NCBI GenBank assembly: GCA_951406725.2
Contig: OX597836.1
Span: 46,996,001-47,060,000, forward strand
Direction of reading: 5' to 3'
DNA: 64,000 bases
Source: Octopus vulgaris
Lineage: Eukaryota
Part shown: piece after piece, positions 39,316-52,555 of the stretch
How positions within the stretch are numbered: position 1 is the stretch's first letter
Layout of the letters: each line of letters begins with the position of its first letter
The notes under the pieces: generated by a model
What the model was told of the DNA's origin: nothing
The model's input: only the letters and a program-made list of their open reading frames with translations
The model's database searches: none
Translations under genes and position numbers: made by a program

Positions 39316-40199
39316 TCCGAAATGGGATTTGAGAGTGAGTTATCTCACCTGTCCATGACTAAGATTTTAACACCGGATGAGAAAGAACTGAGTTAATGAT
39401 AGTTAAGTCATCCATTTTTCCAGCGGATTTAAAAACTTTGGGCCAGACTTGAAGAATGAGTCGAGTTTCTTTTTTTTCTTTTGGCTTTGCTGATGTTGTT
39501 ACAACACCACTAGTTCACTTAATTTAATACGTGAAGTCTATTTAGATGACTGGAACTTTATTGTAGCGACTGAACAAGATTGGAACTTTGAACACAAAAG
39601 CCTGAAAAATACTGCATGATATTTAGTCAAATGCTCTAACTACTTTTCTAGTTCACCACACTTGAAGTTCTGCGCTAATTCGAACTATCTGCGCTCTTGA
39701 TTGAATATTCTTCTATGAAAGTCAAAATAAGAGGAAGTCGTCTGCTCTCCGATTTCTCATTACCAACGGCTACAAAGAACAGCTATGCAGATCAGCATCC
39801 TACAAATAGGCAGCTAGTAACACATATTTCGTTTTCCTTGCATGGGTTTAACCAACTTCAATAAGTTTCATGAACATTGAAAACATGAATGAATTCACAC
39901 TTTACGCTCACAACTCTATTTTCAGCCTTAGCAGCTATTACAGTTTACAAATCACTGCATTTTATAGTTTGCCAGCCATTTTGCAGCTTTATTACTTTAA
40001 ACCGACATCATTTTGCTTCTATTGTTACACATTCTTCTTCGTTCGTTGCAACAAGAAAAACTGAACTACGAAAGAAACGTTCGTTCAGCTGGTGCCACAC
40101 GAAACGCATGATTAACTGAATAAATCAGCTAGCTTTCTGAAAGGATTTCATTCAAAGGCAACGAAATTATCTGCTTTAAACTGTGACATTCAAAAGGAC

Positions 40200-40249
40200 C
40201 TCTCATAAATATCCAAATATAAAACTATTCTTTCATAAATATATTGTCT
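40200..40249 (-). CDS. Possible 50-nt host exon (phase 0-2)
   Basis: acttttttcAG | RQYIYERIVLYLDIYE-AG | GTcctt; weak donor, but its phases bridge exons 45815 and 25725. Confidence 0.2.
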
Positions 40250-40360
40250 CTGAAAAAAGTTATGTACCGCTACTTCTATCTAAAGAGATAAACTTTCGAA
40301 TTTAATTCATGAACTGCTGTGTTTACTTTTTTACTTAGCAGTCCTCTATAGTTCATGAAC

Positions 40361-40424
<64 letters not shown>

Positions 40425-40488
40425 TTACATACATACACGATAGTTTCTTACCATTAAGACACATAGTATGGGCAGCTTTTTATCATGT

Positions 40489-41580
40489 TGTTGTGGCGAG
40501 AGTACGACACCCTCTGATGAGAATAGACGGGGCAACTACATATGAACAGTAGCGGGCTGACGTAGTCGGCAATTCATAGTTTGGTTTTCGAAATCCAGTT
40601 ACAGTTCGCAGTTCAAGTTCGTGTGTTGGAAATATTGATTGTTGGTTCGTTACGTATTTGTTACTGCCGCTGATTCTATTTTGTATTGTTATAATACTGT
40701 TATAACTATCTATCGCCGACAATATCAACCGAATTACGATATTGGAGGCGTAAGGATATAACAACTGGCAACGAGGATTTTTGGAAGCTCACGTAAGTTA
40801 TTTGATAATTTGTGCGTCATACAAATTGGTTAAATTATGGAGAACCTATTAACCGCAGTAATACAGCTTCAAGAGAAGCAACAGGAACAACAACTACAGG
40901 AGTTGCAGAAGCAAATATTACAACAACAACAACAACAGTTCATTGAGTTACAGTGAAGGAAGTCAGAAAGTTCGATTACGCCAGACGGCGTGACGAACTC
41001 GATTTCTAAATTCACTTATAATCCGGAGGATGGTATTACGCTTCCTGCGTACTATAGAAGGTACGAGGAATATTTTTAACAAAGTTTGCAAGTCATGGTC
41101 GGATGAGGAAAAAGTGAGGTTATTACTGCGCAAGGCTGCTCCCGCCGAACATGAACGCTACTGTAACTTTATATTGCCCAAAAAGTCGAGTGAGATTTGT
41201 TTCCACGAAACTATTGAATTACTATCAAAGATCTTTTGCGATAATAGTTCATTATTTAACACTAGCATGGAGTGTTGGAACTTAACAAAAAATGACGATG
41301 ATGACTTTATTACATACGCCGGATTGGTCAACCGTAAGTGTGAAAAATTTAAACTTCAGGAACTCACTCCAGATGTGTTTAAATCCCTTATGTTCGTACA
41401 AGGCCTTACAGCAACCGAAGGTAGAGAAATTCGGGCAAAAACTCTCTCAAAAATGGAGCAAACGAACCAAGACTTAACCCTACAGACCATTGCAGAAGAA
41501 TGTCAATGGTAAATTTGAATGACGACATGAAAAATATTCAAGAGAAAGATACCGCAAAAATTCAGATGTCCCGACCCGGA
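40489..41580 (+). mobile_element. Gypsy-type LTR retrotransposon 5' remnant: LTR (40489-40763), PBS, decayed gag
   Basis: TG..CA LTR, then tggcaacgaggat at 40766 (one mismatch to a tRNA-Ser(GCU) PBS); gag MENLL..FTYNPEDG..WSDEEKVRLLLRK..HERYCNFILPK. Confidence 0.85.
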
Positions 41581-41589
41581 AATATACAT

Positions 41590-41653
<64 letters not shown>

Positions 41654-41656
<3 letters not shown>

Positions 41657-41844
41657 ATCCAAACATGAAAGCACAAAAAAACACAACAACAGGACGTGGA
41701 ACGAGTATAGTATTATTGGACGCTCAGGAAAGAAGGAAAGAATGAGGGTTTTACGTTTCGAGCGGAGCTCTTCGTCGGAAACATAGAAGGAAAGATCCAG
41801 AGAAGGGATGACAGAGGAAAAAAATTCGCCAACGGTACACACGC

Positions 41845-41850
<6 letters not shown>
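41654..41850 (-). mobile_element. ~200-bp TA-embedded unit with a minimal hammerhead-like motif (41748-41782)
   Basis: RC: gttt-CCGACGA-a gagc(tcc)gctc-GAAA-c-GUA-aaac; tail cctgagcg..aatac resembles the 15157-15560 units. Confidence 0.65.
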
Positions 41851-41928
<78 letters not shown>

Positions 41929-41992
41929 GTTTAAATATTTGTTGTGCAAGATTTTTATTGGCTAAACTGGCAATATGACCATTCCGAAATAT

Positions 41993-42049
<57 letters not shown>

Positions 42050-42705
42050 TGGTTTTGATTTCCAAAACTTGACTAACATAGCTTTGTTTGACTCGAGTCT
42101 ACAGTGGAAGAGATTTGCTGAAGGCGCCACGCACTGTCTTCGAATAGAACCCAGAACTACATTACAGAATTGCAAACCAAACTTCCTAATTCCACAACCG
42201 CCTGTACCATATACTTATTATTTACAGATAACTTTGACAAGATGTTTCAAACATTTCTTGATGATTTATTACGTTAGTAAGTTAATTTCCTGTCCGATGT
42301 GTCCCGTACAGCAACGAGATGACGGACTCATGTAACAGTATGATTAACTGATAAAATAACACGAGATTTACTTTCTCACATGCAAGACTTTTATGTAAAT
42401 AGCAGAATATAATCACAACGTCGTTCAATTTAGCTGACAATCGTTATTGATATTTTGTCAAGTCGGCAATTCAAAACTTTGGCCAATTTTCAGTTCTCCG
42501 AGAATTAGAACTGAAGAATTAACACATATGTCTGTCCTTAATTCCTTGCTTTTTGGTTGTTCTTTCCTCGCCAATCTCCTCTGCCACCTGCGTGTCCTCA
42601 TCAACATTATTAGCAGCAACAATTGTCCAACACCATCATCGTCATTATCATCATCGTCATTATATTGTTACCAACACCTTTATGTCCCAGGAGATTTTTA
42701 ACTGC

Positions 42706-42890
42706 TTCTTCTTCTCCTTCTTCTTCTTCTTCTTCTTCTTCTTCTTCTTCTTCTTCTTCTTCTTCTTCTTCTTCTTCTCCTCCTCCTTCTTCTCCTCCTC
42801 CTCCTCCTCCTCCTCCTTCTTCTTCTTCTTCTTCTTCTTCTTCTTCTTCTTCTTCTTCTTCTTCTTCTTCCTTCTTCCTTCTTCTTCGTC
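42706..42890. repeat. (TTC)n/(TCC)n polypyrimidine tract
   Basis: Direct reading; gives the spurious poly-E/K/F/S ORFs. Confidence 0.97.
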
Positions 42891-43399
42891 CTCTCCTGCC
42901 ATTTGGCGGTTCATTATCGGGAACCAATATCGGAATGTAAATCAACTGGTCATCTCTAACTAATACGTAATGAGTTTGTTCACATGTTGTCTAGAAGATG
43001 TAAAACTGCCCACCACCATCACCACCGCTGCCTAACATGTAAAACTATACTGTTAACAAGTTTTGTAACATCATTGATTTTGAGAAACAAATTTTGATTT
43101 TGTCTGGTAATTTGAGTTTGGTGAACAGTGATGGTTGCGGGATGACATCGAGCTATAATGATTTTGCAACTTTCTCGATTTCTGTTTGAAGCCATAGTAT
43201 GTCACTGATATCTTTAATGCTCATGAGAAAATTGGGTGTCTCATGGAAATTAGATACTCTGTATAAATTATATATAAAAATAGAAAGTTGCAAATAAGGT
43301 TAGAAGGTAAAATTGAGAAAATATCGAGACAAACGTCTGCCTCTGATCGTTAAAAGATTTCTCTTTGAAGTCTTTATTTCTCTTGTGTTGTATTCCCTC

Positions 43400-43950
43400 T
43401 GACGTCAAATGTCTTCAAAGCTGGTCTAATATTCTGTGTGATCACCACATTTTCTTCCAGCTCTAATCCTGAAGCACTGCGCGTAAATCAGAAATCCAGT
43501 AAGCAATTAAAGTTGTTCGATAAACTGAATCTGTCCTCCCTTTGGAAATTTGGTAGAAGGCATTTCATTCTCCTAATTCATTCATTTTTCCGAACATTTA
43601 TAATCGCCTTCTGTGATCTATCTAATTAAATCTCCTAACGACCTATGTAAATAACATCTGTACTCCTTTTATATCCAATGGCTGTGCGTAACCGACTGAC
43701 AACTTATCCAAAAACATTCATAGAGGTACTGTATGATGGTGGCGAAAAATCGCTGTCAAATTCAGTCTATCGGATTAGAATATTCACGTCCGTATCCGTC
43801 GAAAGCATTTTGTTGTAGCGTTGGATGGCACACTTTATTGTGCGTGCCATACACGATCCTGTTATAGGGAGTTGGTACAAGGACCACAGCCAAAAAATTC
43901 TATAATCACACCCACAGAGCAACAAAGGCAGTATAAATATCAAAAAGTAA
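43400..43950 (-). pseudogene. Possible highly decayed DNA-transposon coding remnant (XPG-like GCD motif, Academ-like)
   Basis: LCGCDY-[frameshift]-EFFGCG resembles the GCDxxSxFxGxG motif; many stops. Confidence 0.25.
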
Positions 43951-44339
43951 AATATTTGCCACTTAAAAGTGAATGTTGCGTTAGAACACACAAATTCTGT
44001 GATGTTTATCAAGAAAGAAAAGTCTCATTTGGTTATTTAGTGCATAACCATATCTTACATATGAAAAACTTTATTTCTCGATCATTAAGCACTACAGAAA
44101 CAGACGTGAATTAATATACTTCAATTTGCTATACTTTACACAAATGGTTTATTACTTTTAGTTGGTAAATTCTACGGTTTTTCTATTGGATTTATGACTA
44201 TTTTTTCGACTACATTCTCTAATAATTATATTTCCATGGTTTCTAACACGAGCCTGTAATTCGTACAACAGACTTAGTCCCCTTGTTATACATCAGATTT
44301 ATTATGCAATCAATTAGGACGTACGAAATATAATGTTTT

Positions 44340-44344
<5 letters not shown>

Positions 44345-44436
<92 letters not shown>

Positions 44437-44443
44437 CATATAC

Positions 44444-44503
<60 letters not shown>

Positions 44504-44560
44504 CATATACATACATATATATATATATATACATATACATACATATATATATACATATAT

Positions 44561-44622
<62 letters not shown>

Positions 44623-44637
44623 TGCCATTTATATATA

Positions 44638-44685
<48 letters not shown>

Positions 44686-44690
44686 TTATA
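44345..44690. repeat. (TA)n microsatellite
   Basis: Direct reading. Confidence 0.95.
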
Positions 44691-45425
44691 TATAAATGGC
44701 AATTTCTGTCTGTCTGTTACCATCTTGGTGCCCAAACCAGCGAACCAATCTTCACCAAACTCTGTATATATGATGAACTAATATTCAGTTTAATTATAGG
44801 CTAATTTCAATAGAAATCGATAATGGACTGACTACGGGGGTTCGGCTACTACATGATAAAATGAGAGGGGTGCAAAAGTGTTAGGTTCAGGTAAATGTGA
44901 CACAATGTGGGTGACTGGTATCAGGGAAGAGGAGGAGAGAGAAAGAGATAGACACACAGGGAAGAGGAGGAGAGAGGAAGAGAGAACGACAGACAGGGAC
45001 AGAGCGGGAGAAAGAGAATGTGTTTACTGAAGGGAAGATCGAATTTTAATAGTTTGTTCTTTCATTTCTTCCTATCACTTAATGCTTTCGTGAATTAAGT
45101 ATCGTCTGCTCAGTCAAAGCTTTTACAATATGTCCAACAACAGATGTTTAACAAGTGAAAGATAAAGTGTTTTTATATTTGTTTTCAAATCACCGTATTC
45201 AGATTTATTAACGTACTCAAACAATACCCTATATATATATAACGTCTTACCTTTTCTTCCATAGGCGCAGGAGTGGCTGTGTGGTAAGTAGCTTGCTAAC
45301 CACCCACATGGTTCCGGGTTCAGTCCCACTGTGTGGCACCTTGGGCAAGTGTCTTCTACTATAGCCCCGGGCCGACCAATGCCTTGTGAGTGGATTTGGT
45401 AGACGGAAACTGAAAGAAGCCTGTC

Positions 45426-45511
<86 letters not shown>

Positions 45512-45814
45512 TTGTGTGTCTGTGTTTGTCCCCCTAGCATTGCTTGACAACCGATGCTGGTGTGTTTACGTCCCCGTAATTTAGCGGTTCGGCAAAAGAG
45601 ACCGATAGAATAAGTACTGGGCTTACAAAGAATAAGTCCCGGGGTTGAGTTGCTCGACTAAAGGCGGTGCTCCAGCATGGCCGCAGTCAAATGACTGAAA
45701 CAAGTAAAAGAGTAAAAGAGTAAAAGAGATAAATAGCCCCTCGACTTCCTTAGGGGTCATTTTTTACACTTCATTATGATACGAACTCTCTGTGCATAAG
45801 AAAGAATTATTTAC

Positions 45815-45880
45815 CAACTTGTAACATTCATAGACTTGTAATGAATATATGCCAGACATATAATTTGAAATGGATGTAAA
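45815..45880 (-). CDS. Probable 66-nt host exon (phase 0-0)
   Basis: RC: tgcttgctctcactgtttcAG | FTSISNYMSGIYSLQVYECYKL | GTaaat. Confidence 0.5.
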
Positions 45881-46042
45881 CTGAAACAGTGAGAGCAAGC
45901 ATTTTGAAGGGTGGTGATTTGACCCAACCATCCCAGGGTAGTGATTTGAGGGTTGGGACATGTATAGAAAAAGGGTTGGGACATAGTGGCGCTTGGAATA
46001 AGTGATATTTTAGTTGATTGTACGCTAAGATGAAACACTTAC

Positions 46043-46225
46043 ATATCTACATATAAATGATTTGTGGTCTATTTTCAAGCTTTGAGAACTCCACTTCGTT
46101 CGACATTCGGAATAGCAGCTCGGTGGAAGCTCGGTGAAATGTTGGGTGACTCTGTCATTGAATAAGAAACTTAATTGGAGAACATCTACTTGGCTTTCAT
46201 TAAGATGATGCTGGATGATCTTGAT
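46043..46225 (-). CDS. Possible host exon (acceptor uncertain: 46225 or 46253)
   Basis: 61 open codons IKIIQHHLNESQ..KSFICRY ending at GTAAGT, in phase with exon 45815-45880 across a 162-nt intron. Confidence 0.4.
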
Positions 46226-47016
46226 CTGTTACTATTCACAGAACACATCTTGGCTAAAGGGATAAATTCCCAGAGATAATGCTTTAAGCAGTATGACCAT
46301 GTACCTGAGCATATGAAACGAACTCAAGAATGTCATATACTGTAATCGACTTTCCGGGATGGGAACGCATCCAGTTATCAACCGCTTAACTATATGCCGT
46401 CTTGAATGGCTTATAGCAGCTCACATCCATCGGTTGGAGCTTGTGGCTTGTGTGAGGTGGGATTGTTAATAATATGACCAAGTCTTGGCCAAGTCAATAG
46501 TTGCAAGAGACACATGAGTTTCGTGATTTACTTTTACTCTTTTACTTGTTTCAGTCATTTGACTGCGACCATGCTGGAGCACCGCCTCTAGTAGAGCAAA
46601 TCGACCCCAGGACTTATTCTTTGTAAGCCTAGTACTTATTCTATCCGTCTCTTTTGCCGAACCGCTAAGTTACTGGGACGTAAACACGCCAACATCGGTT
46701 GTCAAGCGATGTTGGGGATGGGGGAGCAAATACAGACACACAAACATATGTATATATACATGTATACGACGGGCTTCTTTCGGTTTCCGTCTACCAAATC
46801 CACTCACAAGGCTTTGGTCGACCCGAGGCTATAGTAGAAGACACTTGCCCAAGGTATCACGCAGTGGGACTGAACCCGGAACTATGTGGTTGGTAAGCAA
46901 GCTACTTACCACACAAACGGTTGTACTGCATTACTACTTGATATCCTGTTGCTTATTTTGATTACACACACACACACACACACACACACATATCTCTCTC
47001 TCTATATATATATATC

Positions 47017-47400
47017 TCTATATATATAAACGGCAGTTTGTCTGTGCGTGTTTCTGTGTGTCTGTTTGCTTGTACCCTCACCCTGACCACGGCTTCCAAC
47101 CGATTCTGATGAAACTTGACACACACATAGCCCAATGTCATAATTCAAAACTAACGCAGCCAAAATTTTGAAAAGTTTCCCCAGTTCTGAAAAAAATCGA
47201 TAAATTCGTCATGGGGTCGAGAATCAGAAACACGAACCACAAACTGTCTAGGGGACGCAACTCCATCCTTTTTTAACTCTCAAAAAAAATTTACCATCAT
47301 TTTTTTTCCATTTTTTTGCTATTTTTTGGCTATAACTCTCTAAAAATGCTTTATAGTTATTTCCCTTACAAACCTGAGCAACGCCGGGCGATACTGCTAG
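47017..47400 (+). mobile_element. Non-autonomous Helitron-like element; a more decayed relative at ~44683-45110
   Basis: 5' TC-tatatata, gtctgt repeats, 3' cctgagcaacgccggg hairpin + CTAG|t. Confidence 0.7.
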
Positions 47401-47428
<28 letters not shown>

Positions 47429-47431
<3 letters not shown>

Positions 47432-48325
47432 GTTGGGTGGAAAGTAACTAGGCATTAGAAATTGCGTATAGAATTTTTAGTATCCCTGAAGTGATGACGA
47501 AAACACTTTTTAAACAGACAACACTAACAGGGATTTCTTATTTTCTTATTTCTTATTTTTTATTTTCCAGATGACTGGTCGCTAGACTGTTCAGGATCGA
47601 GCTAAGATAGCAGCACGCTATGAAGCGTGGAATTCCATTGTTTTGATTCAGAGATGATGGCGTGTATGGAAAGGTAAGTATGCAACACTACATCCGGAGA
47701 CAATAAACTGTTGTCATGCAAAGCTGATGACCACGGGCTCTATGAACGATGCAAAAAGAAGTGGCCGTCCAACCACATCGCGATCAGCGGAGAACGTGGC
47801 AATAGAAATGTTTAATCGCAGCCCACAGAAATCAATAGGTCAAGCAACTCGTGAAAGTGGACTCACAAGACACGATACGTACAGTGTTACGTAAAGAATT
47901 AAATTTTCGTCCGTGGAAACTCCATTGCGTGCAGGAGCTAAAATCTGAAGACTGTGACCGCAGAAGTCCAGAAGTCCAGAACTACAAGAAGTCCAGATAT
48001 CACTCGGTGTGACTTTTACCTGTGGGGGTTACACAAAAGAGGTGGTGTACAAGACAAAATCTCGTACAATGGAGGACCTAGAGACACAGATTCAGGAGGT
48101 TCTCAATGATATCCCAGACGACGTCCTTCAGAAGGCTGTTCATCCCATCCCTGGCCGTTTGAGGAAACTGGTTGATGCCACTGGTTCTTACGTTCAAATA
48201 TGAAGATTTACTTTCATTTCTCCATGTAATAAAGAACATGTCTCTTTTGTTTCAATAAATTTGTAAAAAGAATATGAGATTTTTGTTACAAATTTTTAAT
48301 GCCTACTTACTTTTCGCCCATCCTG
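47429..48325 (+). mobile_element. Internally deleted Tc1/mariner transposon
   Basis: TIRs caggttgggtggaaagtaactaggcatta / taatgcctacttacttttcgcccatcctg, TA flanks; remnants SGRP and SPDIT..CDFYL.GYTKEVVY. Confidence 0.9.
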
Positions 48326-48619
48326 TATATACATAAACATCAATATGCTGATATCATGAGTCTATTTATGTATAATTGCATATGTATGTAAATATACACA
48401 CGTATACAACTGAGTAAGAGTTTGAGTGGGTCCTGTGTATTTATGTAAACAATACAGGACGGTTTATTTATATGATATTTGATTACATCATCTAATACGC
48501 GTTTCATTAGCAAAGAATGATTACCAGTTATATAATGGAAATCATGTAATTAAACTCCACACCTATCTATCTATTTATCTATATCTAACTGCATATATAT
48601 GTGTCTGTGTATGTGTATG

Positions 48620-48708
48620 TGTCTATGTATATCTATCTGTTTATCTATCTATCTATTTCTCTCTCTCTCTCTATCTATATATCTATCTATCCCTCTTATC
48701 ATCCATCC

Positions 48709-48764
<56 letters not shown>

Positions 48765-48801
48765 GTCTGTCTATCTATCTGTCTATCTGTCTGTCTATCT
48801 G

Positions 48802-48856
<55 letters not shown>

Positions 48857-48865
48857 GTCTATCTG

Positions 48866-48928
<63 letters not shown>

Positions 48929-48929
48929 G

Positions 48930-48988
<59 letters not shown>

Positions 48989-49001
48989 GTCTATCTATCT
49001 G

Positions 49002-49072
<71 letters not shown>

Positions 49073-49123
49073 GTCTATCTGTCTGTCTATCTGTCTATCT
49101 ATCTATCTATCTATCTATCTACC

Positions 49124-49130
<7 letters not shown>
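48620..49130. repeat. (ATCT)n microsatellite
   Basis: Direct reading. Confidence 0.97.
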
Positions 49131-49162
<32 letters not shown>

Positions 49163-49189
49163 GTCTTAGTTACAAAGATCTGTAAAGAA

Positions 49190-49410
49190 CGTAGGCATCT
49201 CAACGCGAAGCACGCTCCCGATTAGCGAGTGAGAATCCCGCCGAGGCAGACAAAAGTAAAGTAATCCGCCTTCAGTGCAGAAAGCATCGATGAAGTAAAG
49301 ATTGGTCGAGCGATCCATTAAATCCCGACCACAGAATGAATGAATCACTCAACAGGTCGTTACGTCACTCCGCTTTGAGACGTTGCCTGGCGAACTTGGA
49401 AGTCGATTAG
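49190..49410 (-). promoter_or_regulatory. CpG-enriched unique segment with RFX X-box-like and CRE-like motifs; candidate promoter or first exon
   Basis: GTTGCCTGGCGAAC at 49382-49395; TTACGTCA at 49360-49367; lies upstream of the minus-strand exons. Confidence 0.3.
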
Positions 49411-49755
49411 TGAATTACAGAAACTGGATAATGGATAATGGTATTATGCTTACATCATAAATAAAAGCTTCTAAAGAAACAATTGTAGCAACTTCCAGAA
49501 ATTCATTCGCCTGCTTTATTTATATATATACATACAATTCTTTTTTTTTTCTTTTACTTGTTTCAGTCATTTGACTGCGGCCATGCAAGAGCACCGCATT
49601 TAGTCGAGCAAATCTACCCCGGGACTTATTCTTTGTAAAGTTGTCAAGCGATGTTAGGGTGACAAACACAGACACACAACATATACACACACGCACACAC
49701 ACACACACACACGCACACACACGCACAAACACACGCACATACACACACACACGCA

Positions 49756-49791
<36 letters not shown>

Positions 49792-51123
49792 TATATATAT
49801 ATATATAAATGAATAAATAAAACATATGCATATATATATACATATATGTACGTACCTACCTCTACATGTATATATACACGCATATATGGGTACAGGACAA
49901 CAAAAAAACGTTGAACACAATGAGAAACGAAAACATAAACGCAAAACCAAGGAACTGGACATTTTTCTTAAACAACGAAAAAATAGAGTACAGGACAAAT
50001 AACGCAAGGAAAATTCCCCTTCTTCAGTCGCCATGGTTTCATCTACTCTGCGTTTCGAAGGTGAAGGCGATACGCATCTTCAAGAGAAACTTTCCTTCCC
50101 GCGAAAAGCAAATTAAATAAAATTTGAGATCTTTTTGCGGAGGAGTAAAAATGGTAACAAAAACAGGACAGTAACGACAGTACAAAATATAAACAGTAAA
50201 AGACAGGACAAGGTGAATAACAAGAAAAGAAGGGCTGTTAAGCCGAACGAGATAAGCTGTTACGAACGCTATTTTTGAGAACGGCGAAGGAGCAACAGAA
50301 AATGCCGTCTACACTTCAAGGACACCAGACCATAAAGGCAGTAGCAGAGCTCTCGTCGCGGGCCAACGACGGGAGGGTGGAGGAGGAGCAAGAGAAAGGG
50401 AGAGAAAAAAGGGAATGGTTATGAGGAAACCAGAAAGAATGAGAGAGAGAGACAGTAAGGTAGAAGAAGAGGAAACACACTTGCCCAAGGTGCCACGCAG
50501 TGGGACTGAACCCGGAACCATGTGGTTGGTAAGCAAGCTACTTACCACACAGCCACTCCTGCGCCAATGTTTAAGTTTCGTTTTAATTTTCAAATCACTT
50601 AAAGAAAACGATTTTTTTTACCTGATGTAATTGATTTGTTCATCAATAAAAAACACACCTGAAACAGCTGTAGTGAGCCTCAGCCCATTTCTGTTATATA
50701 TAGACGTAGGCGTGGCTGTGTGGTAAGACGCTTGCTTCCCAACCTCATGGTTTTGCGTTCAGTCCCACGGCGTAGCACCTTGGACAGGTGTCTTCTACTG
50801 TAACCTCGCGCCGACCAAAGCCTTGTGAGTGGATTTGGCAGACGGAAATTGAAAGAAGCCCGTCATATATCTATCTATGTGTGTAAATTTATGTGTGTGT
50901 GTTTTGTGTCTGTGGATGCCTTCCCACCATCGCTTGACAACCGATGTTGGCATGTTTATGTCCCCGTAACATAGTAGTTCGCCAAAAGTGACCGATAAAA
51001 TAAGTACTAGGCTTACAGACAATAAGTCCCGGGGTCGAAATCGTCGAATAAAACCCTTTAAGGCAGTGCTCCAGCATGGCCGCAGTCAAATGACTGAAAA
51101 GTGTAAGATAATAACAGAATGAT

Positions 51124-51184
<61 letters not shown>

Positions 51185-51502
51185 TATATATATTTATAAG
51201 TTCAGCAAAATTTAGATTCAAATGAATATGGTACTTAAGTTAGAAGATAAACTCTACTACCTTAATGTTCTTAAATTTTAAATCGACATCTTTGTCTATA
51301 TATCTACCTTCTCTATAATGTTATCAATTGATATGAAAATTATGTAGTAATGGAAAACCTCTATAAATGGCTGATGATTGCTCAACATTTTAAAACTGTT
51401 GTAATACTTACAATATTTAATAAAATGATGTAGCCTGAAACGATCGTACCAAATTACCGAAGTTATTCTTGTTGCTTATTTTGATTATACACACACACAC
51501 AC

Positions 51503-51545
<43 letters not shown>

Positions 51546-52487
51546 TATATGTATGTATGTAAGTATGTATGTATGTATAGGTTTATATGTTCATATACAT
51601 GCATGTATGTGTGTGTCTGAGCCTCTGTGTGTACGCTGACGTGCGCATGTGTATATGAGCAGCAACACTGTGTACAACGGTGTGTGTCGGTTCAATTCCA
51701 CCTTGATAATGATATTTATACGGCGTTGGATGTTTTCTTTTCGCATATCATATACTTTTTGTTTTCCACAGAATGGTAAAACAATATTGGTTTTTCTTAA
51801 TCTGAGTCTCCTGTATTTTATTTCTGTGTGTCCGTCTTACTAAAATTACGATCAAAGAGTGTTTTTATTCTTAGTGAACAAAAACCATTTGAATTTCTCT
51901 GCAAGGTATTTCGTATATAAATGTTTTTCCGCTTCATTTGGAGGAATCAATCTTCAAATAATCTCGCCGTCCCGATGTGTTTTATAGACGTGAGAAAATA
52001 TCTCCACCCTCCCAACAACATCTCTCGGTACCTCTTATTTCTCTTCTGTTGATTGTATATTTGCATACATATTTATATACAGTACAGACGTGCGTGTGTT
52101 GAGTATGTGTTGTGTGTGAACAGTTTACAAATAGAACAGACTGTATTGAAAATATAATAGATAGACACACAGACAGACGGATAAACAGACAGACCGATAC
52201 ATACATGCCTGCCTGCATACATACAATGATGAAATATAGAATTTTTCTGTATGTTTTGAAATAATAAAAATTAATTATCTTCTAGACATTTCCAGCAAAG
52301 TAAATTTATATTATATATTATATATGAATGAAGAAATATTGCTTTATCATTTCATCTTGTACTTGATATTTCCGGTATTGCAAGTTATCATATGACAAGT
52401 CCTTGAACTTATAAAACGTTGAACTTGTAGTTCATGGAATTGTCATCTGAAGAAATAACTCAAACTGTCTCTATACATGGCAATGAA

Positions 52488-52489
<2 letters not shown>

Positions 52490-52555
<66 letters not shown>

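Noticed and set aside
42553-42963. Poly-E/K/S/F ORFs
   Set aside because: Products of the TTC/TCC microsatellite.
43050-43260. Minus-strand segment after a strong-looking acceptor at ~43260
   Set aside because: All three frames hit stops before a convincing donor.
50000-50095. CTGAAGA/TTGAAGA and GAAA motifs in the 19690/49830 repeat family
   Set aside because: Could not build a consistent three-stem fold with a UH cleavage site.
51755-51781. ttttgttttccacAG-AATG-GTAAAA 4-nt micro-exon on the plus strand
   Set aside because: Isolated signal with no other supported plus-strand gene structure.
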